Source: Oscillospiraceae bacterium (lineage in GTDB: Bacteria > Bacillota > Clostridia > Oscillospirales > Oscillospiraceae). From it: DNA of 62,673 bases. A model generated the notes under the pieces. It was not told the DNA's origin and ran no database searches. It saw nothing but the letters and a program-made list of their open reading frames with translations. A program made the position numbers and the translations under genes. The stretch is from NCBI GenBank assembly GCA_015067605.1, contig SVME01000001.1, forward strand, positions 1-62,673, read 5' to 3'. Each line of letters begins with the position of its first letter. The stretch's first letter is position 1. Positions 28,901 through 35,546 of this stretch are shown here, piece after piece.

Positions 28901-31900
28901 CAGAGAGGTACAACCGTAGAAGGCACCGTACTCAATAGCCTCCAAGGTAGAAGGCAATACGATTTCCTCCAGAGCGGTCAGATTTGCAAAGGCGTAAGCG
29001 TTAATTTTCTCCACGCCCTCAGGCAGGATGACCTTGGTGATGGTATTGTCACCGATGAACCACTGCTTACTGGTTTCCGCATCATCGAAGGCCAGTTCTT
29101 CCTCCGTCTTGAGGATGTACTCAAAGTTGGAGAAGGCGAAGCTACCAATCTCACGCAGGGACAAGTCTTCAGGAACCACGACCGTACCGCCGTTACCATA
29201 GTAATGACTCAGGCTTGCACCGGCTGTCACATAGGGATCCTTGACCTCAACGGAAATGGTCTGGGAGAAATAAGTGGACTTATCGTCCTGCAACACCCGA
29301 ACCGTAACTGAGGAGAAGCCCTCAGCCACCGCTGTGACCACACCATTGGCATCAATGGTGACAATATTCTCATTGCTGGATTCGAAAACAACCTTCGTGT
29401 CGTTGGGGAAGAAGGCATCCAAATCATAGTTGAGCCGTACAGACTCGGAAGGATACATGCTCAGAGAGTATCTACCGTCGAAGAAGCGGGTATCACCGGT
29501 ATCACCAATGAGCTTATCCTTGCTGTCAACCTGATAATACGCCTTCAGCGTATCAAAGCCGGTTACTCTGAACACATCCGCAACAGGCTTATCGTAACGC
29601 TTGTAGCCCTCATCTCCCTCGCTCAAAACGTTCACCGTAAAGGTAAAGCTATCGTTGGTCTTAGGATCCCGGACACGAATGATGGCGGAACCGGACTTAC
29701 CGGCTACCAGCTTATCATTGACCACACGTGCCACACTGGGCTTAGAGGAAGTAATCTCCAGCAACTCGCCCCATTCGGTGCTGGGATGAACCAGCGGAGA
29801 CAGGGTGAACACTTCATTGGGGCTGAGGGAAATACCCTCTTCAATACCGTCAATATAGAAGTCAGTGAAATTATCGGGCAGGCCAATTTCATAGGTGGCA
29901 TAGTTCAACGCATAGTCGTAACAGGTCACCACAAAGGCATTTTCATTCAGGGAGTTTTCCTTGATGTCATAAATGTAATCGGTCAGCTCGAAAGTAACAT
30001 AAGTCGTGCTGTTCTCCTCAGAATACACAGGGGTCATGTACTGCTCAAAGGACTTCATGACAGGGCTTTCATTACCCTCGTCATCGGTGCCCATCGTCAC
30101 GTAGCCCAACTGAGAAGCCATTGCGTAGTGGTTGTCGTAGACACCAACCTTCGCATACAGGCGATTCTTCTTCAGAGTCTTGTCGTACTGATAATAGTAC
30201 TCCACATCCGTGATGGTGGGTGCCTGGAAATCAATGGTCAGAGGGAACTCGAACACGTTACGCTCGTTGGTTTCAAAACCACCCTCATCATAATCCAGAT
30301 AGCCCTCCAGACGGACGGTGTATTTGGAATTATTGGACAGGTTGTAGTCCATGGTATCGAATTCAATTTCGATATTGGCGGGATAAATGGAACCGCCGTC
30401 ACCATAAGACTTACGTACATCTGTATCCACCGTTTCAAAAATCACTTCGCCGGTGGTATCATCTGTGACGGTGATAACGATTTTCTGGGCATTTCTCAAC
30501 AGACCGGCCCAGACAAAACGCAGGGAGTGAACCGTCCCCTCCTGATTGGAAAGCGCCACAAAATCCTTGTTGGCGGCGATAACCATATCGTCGGGATCCT
30601 GCAGGAAATAGTAGCAGCCCAGATAGCTAACGAAGTCATCGGAAACACCACCCACAGGACGGGTCGCATAAGCATCGGCCATGGTCTTATCTTCCGGAGA
30701 AATACCATCGTCCAGCTCGTCGGCGTTGGTTTCATAGTACTCAAGGTCGAACAGAGGTGCCTTAGTCCAGTCGCCGTAGAATGCCAAGTAAGGGATGTTC
30801 ATATCCACATCAGTACCGGAAGCCGCATCCAGAGTGATAAAGCCTTCCACGTACATACCATTGGCAAAGGACTCGTTCAGGTACTTCTTATCTCCATCAG
30901 TCAACTTAATCTTAACAGTAACCGTTGCATCGCTGTTTGCGGAAACGGTAACGGTCTTGCCGCTGAGAGAGCCGCCCTCCACGGACAGGATCTCCATGCC
31001 ACCGGAGAGCGCATAGGCCTCCTCGGTGACGGTGGTTTCACCGGCGTTGGTCTTGGTTTCGCTGACGCCTTCCGTCAGAACGTAGGCGCCCAGATTGTAA
31101 GACAATGCGGCAGAACCGAAGTTGGTGATAGTGAACTTCATCTCGTAAACGCCGGTCTTGTCCTTGTCGTCGCCCAGCTCCAGCTTGGGCTTGTCCATGG
31201 GATTGCCGTCCTTGTCGTAAGTGGTCAGGTAAGCGGTGGTATCCAGAGAAGCGAACAGATTCGCAAGACCGGCACCCTGCTTCCGGACAGCATAAGGCAG
31301 CCCGTTGGTGTTCAGCGCAATGTCCGCAGTGGACATCATCAACTTATTTACCATCTCATTGACCTTAACATTGTCATCGGCAATGTCAGGGAAGTTCTCC
31401 ACCACATACTGCCGCAGCAGAATGACCACACCTGCCAGGTTGGGACAGGCCATGGAGGTGCCGGACAGACGGTCATAGCCACCGCCGGTAACAGAGGAGA
31501 GAATATTACCGCCGTGGGCCGTAATCTCAGGCTTGATGCTCAGACTGGGAGTGGGACCCCAAGAGGAGAAGTCAGAAATGAAGGGACCGGAGGTCTGGCT
31601 CTTGCTCAGCTTCAGCTTGCCGCTGCCAGCCGCGGCAAGCATCTCGCCGTCATTCTGGGAGATGGAGCAAACCGCAAGCTTTGCATCGCCAACGCTCATC
31701 TTGATATCACCGGATACATTATTATATATAATGATACCGGCAGCACCCTGAGCCTCGGCAATCATAGCCTTCTCCTCGAAGGTGTTATCGCCACGACGCA
31801 CCAGCGCAATCTTGCCCTTTACATCCAGTCCGGTATAGTCGGCACTACGGCCCACACCGGGAACAACAACATAGTCGATTTCCTTGGAGTCTGCGTCACC

Positions 31901-33277
31901 CAGCAGAGTGTCCACAAAGTCCAGCTCCTCAGCGGCACCGCTATTGGCCTCCAGGAAATACATAATGGTTTCGCCGTACAGCAGGTAGGGAGTTTCCTCA
32001 CCGCTGATAGAAGCAACGGACATAACGCCCTTGTATGTACCGGGGGAACCGACGGTACCGATGTCGGGGTTGGAGGTCAGGGGCAGGTTACCATTGGCCT
32101 CGGAACCATAGGCGGAGGAATAGCTATTGGAAGCGGCGACAATCACAGAGATGCCGGCTTCACGGAGCTTATCGTACACGCCGTTGAGAATCTCCTCATC
32201 GGATTCACGTGCAAAACCACAGGCAGTACCGAGGGACATATTGACAACGTCAACACCCAGAACCACGCAATCCTCCAGCGCAGACAGAATCCAGCTGGCA
32301 CGAGCGGTATCCATCACATCAGAGAAAATCTTCATGGAAACCAACTGGGCATTGGGCGCCACACCGGTAATGACATCGTCCTTACCAACAATAACGCCAG
32401 AAACGTGAGTACCATGGTTATTATGGGTGGAGTACACATCCGGATCATTATCAGCATAGTCATAACCGAAGGGAACCTTGTCATTGATGTAAACATCATT
32501 GACCGTCAGGCTACCATTCATCTTCTGGGCAGTGGTTTCACTCAGGACCGCCGCTACATCCTGATAGGTCAGACCCAAGGGCGCATCGGGGGTAAAGTTA
32601 TTGGTAGAGAATGCGGTGTGCTTGGAGTCCAGACCGGTATCCAGAACCGCAACCACCATGCCGCTGCCGTCGTAGCCGGATCCGGAGGTATTGAAGATAC
32701 CGGTATCAAACACGTTGACCTCATTTTCAACCAACTTGGTTTCGCACTTCTCGTAGACCTCGCTGACAATGATGCCCTGCTTGTCCGTCAAGGACTTGCA
32801 AGTATCAGAGAAGTCTCCGGCCTTAATCAGAAGCTCAAAGCCACTGAGCAGAGTGTTATATTCCTCACCGGTGGCGTAAGCAATTCCACTCTCATCCAAG
32901 GCAGATAGTACGGAAGCCTTTTCCTCCGCAATCTGCGCCTTGATATCGGCAGCTTCATCACTGGTGAGCGCATAATCCTTAAAGCTCATGGTCTTCGCAG
33001 AATTCTCATACGCATCCATCAGATTGATTACATCAACGGTGATAATCACGGAGATTTCCTGATTATCATCAATGCTGTCGGGAAGCTCAAACATCTTTGA
33101 GCTATCGAGGTAATCCTTCCAATCGACCCGCAGACCATCGTCACGCAGTTCGATAAAGGAAGCCTCGTAACCGGACACTTCCGTGTCAGGCGTGGTCACC
33201 ACGCCGGCCAGCACTGCCACAATCAACAGGCAGACAACCAGGCCACGGGAAACCAGTGAGAGGGTTTTCTTTTTCAT
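25973..33277 (-). CDS. Giant cell-surface S8 (subtilisin/lactocepin-like) serine protease with PA, Ig-like and BspA-type LRR domains and a C-terminal TM anchor (about 2430 aa)
   Basis: Triad motifs VLDTG, HGTHVSG and GTSMACP; PA domain KGKIALVRRG; KQGAGL; two Big_2-like segments; many IGxYAF repeats; TM GWIAWIILILG. Start 33277 preferred because the promoter overlaps 33331. Confidence 0.93.
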   Translation of the reverse strand: MKKKTLSLVSRGLVVCLLIVAVLAGVVTTPDTEVSGYEASFIELRDDGLRVDWKDYLDSSKMFELPDSIDDNQEISVIITVDVINLMDAYENSAKTMSFKDYALTSDEAADIKAQIAEEKASVLSALDESGIAYATGEEYNTLLSGFELLIKAGDFSDTCKSLTDKQGIIVSEVYEKCETKLVENEVNVFDTGIFNTSGSGYDGSGMVVAVLDTGLDSKHTAFSTNNFTPDAPLGLTYQDVAAVLSETTAQKMNGSLTVNDVYINDKVPFGYDYADNDPDVYSTHNNHGTHVSGVIVGKDDVITGVAPNAQLVSMKIFSDVMDTARASWILSALEDCVVLGVDVVNMSLGTACGFARESDEEILNGVYDKLREAGISVIVAASNSYSSAYGSEANGNLPLTSNPDIGTVGSPGTYKGVMSVASISGEETPYLLYGETIMYFLEANSGAAEELDFVDTLLGDADSKEIDYVVVPGVGRSADYTGLDVKGKIALVRRGDNTFEEKAMIAEAQGAAGIIIYNNVSGDIKMSVGDAKLAVCSISQNDGEMLAAAGSGKLKLSKSQTSGPFISDFSSWGPTPSLSIKPEITAHGGNILSSVTGGGYDRLSGTSMACPNLAGVVILLRQYVVENFPDIADDNVKVNEMVNKLMMSTADIALNTNGLPYAVRKQGAGLANLFASLDTTAYLTTYDKDGNPMDKPKLELGDDKDKTGVYEMKFTITNFGSAALSYNLGAYVLTEGVSETKTNAGETTVTEEAYALSGGMEILSVEGGSLSGKTVTVSANSDATVTVKIKLTDGDKKYLNESFANGMYVEGFITLDAASGTDVDMNIPYLAFYGDWTKAPLFDLEYYETNADELDDGISPEDKTMADAYATRPVGGVSDDFVSYLGCYYFLQDPDDMVIAANKDFVALSNQEGTVHSLRFVWAGLLRNAQKIVITVTDDTTGEVIFETVDTDVRKSYGDGGSIYPANIEIEFDTMDYNLSNNSKYTVRLEGYLDYDEGGFETNERNVFEFPLTIDFQAPTITDVEYYYQYDKTLKKNRLYAKVGVYDNHYAMASQLGYVTMGTDDEGNESPVMKSFEQYMTPVYSEENSTTYVTFELTDYIYDIKENSLNENAFVVTCYDYALNYATYEIGLPDNFTDFYIDGIEEGISLSPNEVFTLSPLVHPSTEWGELLEITSSKPSVARVVNDKLVAGKSGSAIIRVRDPKTNDSFTFTVNVLSEGDEGYKRYDKPVADVFRVTGFDTLKAYYQVDSKDKLIGDTGDTRFFDGRYSLSMYPSESVRLNYDLDAFFPNDTKVVFESSNENIVTIDANGVVTAVAEGFSSVTVRVLQDDKSTYFSQTISVEVKDPYVTAGASLSHYYGNGGTVVVPEDLSLREIGSFAFSNFEYILKTEEELAFDDAETSKQWFIGDNTITKVILPEGVEKINAYAFANLTALEEIVLPSTLEAIEYGAFYGCTSLQKITFSGENNLKIINQNAFEKCDLQGVIDLSSVCVISDYAFAGNADLEGFVTGDSLLSIGQYAFAGCKSLEEVTITASKVKYGFYAFTDCESLTSFYVNAAVLPEGMFYECENLAMVTIGPDVNDIGPFAFRDTKVSAFEIKSGNTAYMTQTAAYILSADGSAVVAVSPNFTGEFGVNELGGNNVTAVAKGAFSHNTKITAVNLPAVTKVGEYGFGSASAIETVTLGQLTEIGDYGFFETVITSLPDFKADATIGKYAFSHTALKTISIPDGVVLPEGVFSECMNLESVTIGNDVTIGEFAFSVDKDNVFKIKHFDQDGERYFYYVFEGSLKTLTIGDNAVIGDNAFSGTAALETVHLGANAQIGKMAFYNNCSLKQIDLSKATSIGDYAFSGDEYYICLDDSMTVAAVSKDGYYMSETYANQLVSVDLSSATYVGEYAFALCEKLERVILGDGVTEIKQYAFASCESLKTINLDKIVTIGDYAFQESASLEQIDLSATESIGKYAFVDSKLLSGVKLNPNGVNLLEGAFAYCGTLSKVENLNAAKELDDYAFAYTAITEADLSGATTLGDFVFIKEELTPFNVTLGNAIVSLGDNPFAMCVVKPFSVKTTETFNGKDYTVDSYTFDLSDTVRVVDGSLYCKVVNGDYELIFYTGLNPDNVSVAEDTVRISAYAFAGSKVEMVTMPYTVAAIGHKAFFACDELTTVIFSSYDAPIFEEEFDSSYYESFQHIPGTGDFGTYNDYDGTDVAINGMGLIPYYMWNATGGMYSNVFYGANFVDYVGYVDNKLTMVRPSNGIHYNTYVLEQYFDAVIDGAAGADDTTLAAIEAIKLIPERVTYDDRDIVEAARAAYDKIATKLQQALVTNYDVLLTAEQRIKALTPQEDAPVVEEQEKPAAAPDEKSKESNGWIAWIILILGVGGVGAAIALNAVRTGAFKDFKKKSKTANTDAQIPECQRTDNVAEVESEESQTPAMEE

Positions 33278-33329
33278 TCTGTCATACGCCTTTCTATAAT
33301 AGTCCTGAATGTATTGCATACCATATTCC

Positions 33330-33358
33330 ATTATACCTGATTATCTTCCTAAATGCAA
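33330..33358 (-). promoter_or_regulatory. SigmaA-like promoter for the protease-opp unit
   Basis: TTGCAT-17 nt-TATAAT on the minus strand. Confidence 0.65.
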
Positions 33359-33466
33359 GGTATTTTATTAAAAACATATTATTAAAATCCAAGCGTCTGT
33401 GTATTTATACGCCGAACATTTTGATCCGTTTTATCCTTCGCAGAAGGACATATATCCGCAAAAGAA

Positions 33467-33486
33467 TCCCCCACTTTCGTGGGGGA
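33467..33486 (-). terminator. Stem-loop after the triple-repeat lipoprotein
   Basis: TCCCCCAC-TTTC-GTGGGGGA, followed on the minus strand by TTCTTTT. Confidence 0.65.
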
Positions 33487-33496
33487 CCCAAATTGA

Positions 33497-34552
33497 TTAC
33501 GGAAGCTCTCTTAGAACAAAAACAACGTCCGTAGTGTCTTCAGGGAAAACGATTTGCGCAACTCCGTCAACAATCTCTACATCCTCGTCACAAAGCTCGT
33601 AACCTTCCGGAATCTTAATCAGCTTGGCAACCAATTCGCCATCGCCAGTGATTTCCTCAGTATAGTAAGCTACACCGTACTCGTTGGTCTGCTTGGGTAC
33701 GCAGGTACTACCGGCACAAATCTGTACCCAAGCACCTTCAACGCCAAAATCCTCAACGGTGATTACCTGCACCAAGTAAACATAGTCATTATCGTCAGTA
33801 TCGTTACCGGGAATCGACTCTAGGACGAAGCCAACATTAACGGAACCATCGGCCATTGAAATCTCCCGACCCTCGCTGAGATCAATAAACGAATATGCCT
33901 CGGGCAGAGAAATAAGCTTGGCAGTCAGTTCACCATCACCAGTAATCACAGAATCGTAGTAGGCAATACCATCCGCATCGGTCTGCTTGGGAACGCAGGT
34001 ACTGCCGGCACAAATCTGCACCCACGCACCCTCCACAGGGTTTCCATCGATATCCTCAACCGATACAGTATATACATACTCGATGGTGGTATATTCCTGC
34101 AAGACAAATTGGACTATGTCGGATTCATCACCCAGCATCAGCTCGATGACATCATCCAGCGGAGTATACTCACTGGGGTAGCTGACCAGTTTCGCAGTCA
34201 GCTCACCGTCACCGGTGATTTTCTCAGTATATGTTGCAACACCGCTAGCGTTGGTCTGCTTGGGAACGCAGGTGCTTCCTGCGCAAATCTGAACCCACAC
34301 ACCTTCGATAGGGTTGCCTTCCGTATCAACAACTCTAACAGCATAAACATACTCATCATCGGGATTGCCAGGCTTCTCGTCATTCGGCTGAGTCGGCTCA
34401 GTCTGATTCGGTACGGATTCCTGCGGCTCCTTAGACGCAGTAGTGGTGGATGTCTTATCGTTGGAGCCTTTGTCATCGCCGGCACAGGCGGCCATGCAAA
34501 ATACCATAGCCATTGCCAGCAACAACGCAAACAGTTTCTTCATGTTGTTCAT
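33497..34552 (-). CDS. Lipoprotein with three tandem Ig-like (Cna-B/prealbumin-like) repeats, each with a CAGSTC motif
   Basis: Lipobox MAAC; three copies of YVYxV...EGxWVQICAGSTCVPKQT..G.A.Y...ITGDGELxAKL; DNA copies near 33693, 33987 and 34260. Confidence 0.88.
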   Translation of the reverse strand: MNNMKKLFALLLAMAMVFCMAACAGDDKGSNDKTSTTTASKEPQESVPNQTEPTQPNDEKPGNPDDEYVYAVRVVDTEGNPIEGVWVQICAGSTCVPKQTNASGVATYTEKITGDGELTAKLVSYPSEYTPLDDVIELMLGDESDIVQFVLQEYTTIEYVYTVSVEDIDGNPVEGAWVQICAGSTCVPKQTDADGIAYYDSVITGDGELTAKLISLPEAYSFIDLSEGREISMADGSVNVGFVLESIPGNDTDDNDYVYLVQVITVEDFGVEGAWVQICAGSTCVPKQTNEYGVAYYTEEITGDGELVAKLIKIPEGYELCDEDVEIVDGVAQIVFPEDTTDVVFVLRELP

Positions 34553-34577
34553 TGTTCATTCTCCTTATTATATAGAA

Positions 34578-35483
34578 TCAAGGTTCGTATGTAGGGAGTT
34601 GACTGTGACTGCGGATAAAGGTCTGCTCATAATCCTCCGCAGAAAAGAATCCGAACATATCCATAAACATCTGGGTATTATCCACGGAACCGCTATGGCA
34701 CATAGTGATATTCCCGTAACAATCGATAACCATTGTCATAGGATAGGCAGTCAAGCGCATCATATTGCCCCAGCGGCTGTCGCACTTTGCCATCAGGAAA
34801 GTGTAGCCATTTTCCTGACGGAATGCCTCAATTGCAGCATCGGTACTGTCCATTGGGTTCAAAGCAATAACCGCTACTCTGTCACTAAACTGCTCATAGG
34901 CCTCCTGAAGATAAGGAAACTCCATCTTACAGGGTGTACAGCCCATATACCAGAAATTCAGAACCACTGCATCGTGGGATTTCAACGCTTCGGATAGAGT
35001 AAATTCTGTTCCGTCGGAGGCCGTTACTGTAAAGTCCGGCATAGCATCTCCAAGGGAAAATAAGGCATTATTCTCCTCATGGTTCAAATGTTCCTCGGTT
35101 AATGGAGCACCGGCCTTCAGAGAAATCACCGTGTCCGCGTCGATTAGGGGATACTTCGCCTCAACCACATAGCCGGCAGGAACATCCTTCAACACCGCAA
35201 CCAGTCCCCCCTCGGACGGAACGGCACTAAAGAACAGCTTTCCTTCCCTATCTGTGGTTCTAACCTGCAAAAGGTCTGTCTTGGCGGCATCGGCGTAAAT
35301 CTCCACCGTAAGCTTTTCCAACGCCGTACCTGCCTCATTTAAAACTGTAACGGAGTATGCCACAGGGTCGGTAGCTACAGGTATTGTAACGGTAGTGGTC
35401 TGGGTTGTGGGAGCCGATTCCTCAGCGGCGCAGCCACAAAGCAGCATTGACAAGCACAGAATCAGCAAAGTAATTCTTTTCAT
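34578..35483 (-). CDS. TlpA/ResA-like thiol-disulfide oxidoreductase lipoprotein with N-terminal Ig-like domain
   Basis: Lipobox LCGC; GDAMPDFTV, VVLNFWYMGCTPCKMEFP and AYPMT (cis-Pro) motifs. Confidence 0.9.
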   Translation of the reverse strand: MKRITLLILCLSMLLCGCAAEESAPTTQTTTVTIPVATDPVAYSVTVLNEAGTALEKLTVEIYADAAKTDLLQVRTTDREGKLFFSAVPSEGGLVAVLKDVPAGYVVEAKYPLIDADTVISLKAGAPLTEEHLNHEENNALFSLGDAMPDFTVTASDGTEFTLSEALKSHDAVVLNFWYMGCTPCKMEFPYLQEAYEQFSDRVAVIALNPMDSTDAAIEAFRQENGYTFLMAKCDSRWGNMMRLTAYPMTMVIDCYGNITMCHSGSVDNTQMFMDMFGFFSAEDYEQTFIRSHSQLPTYEP

Positions 35484-35502
35484 ATATTATCATCCCATGA
35501 AG

Positions 35503-35532
35503 GAAGGCGCGGACGCTTCGCTCCGCGCCTTC
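35503..35532 (-). other. Intergenic GC-rich stem-loop (no U-tract)
   Basis: GAAGGCGCGGA...TCCGCGCCTTC between the two redoxin genes. Confidence 0.6.
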
Positions 35533-35546
35533 TGTGATTGGCTAAA

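Noticed and set aside
33693-34291. Regularly spaced ~32-bp repeats suggestive of CRISPR
   Set aside because: Spacing of 273-294 bp, in frame inside a CDS; these are protein domain repeats, and no cas genes are present.
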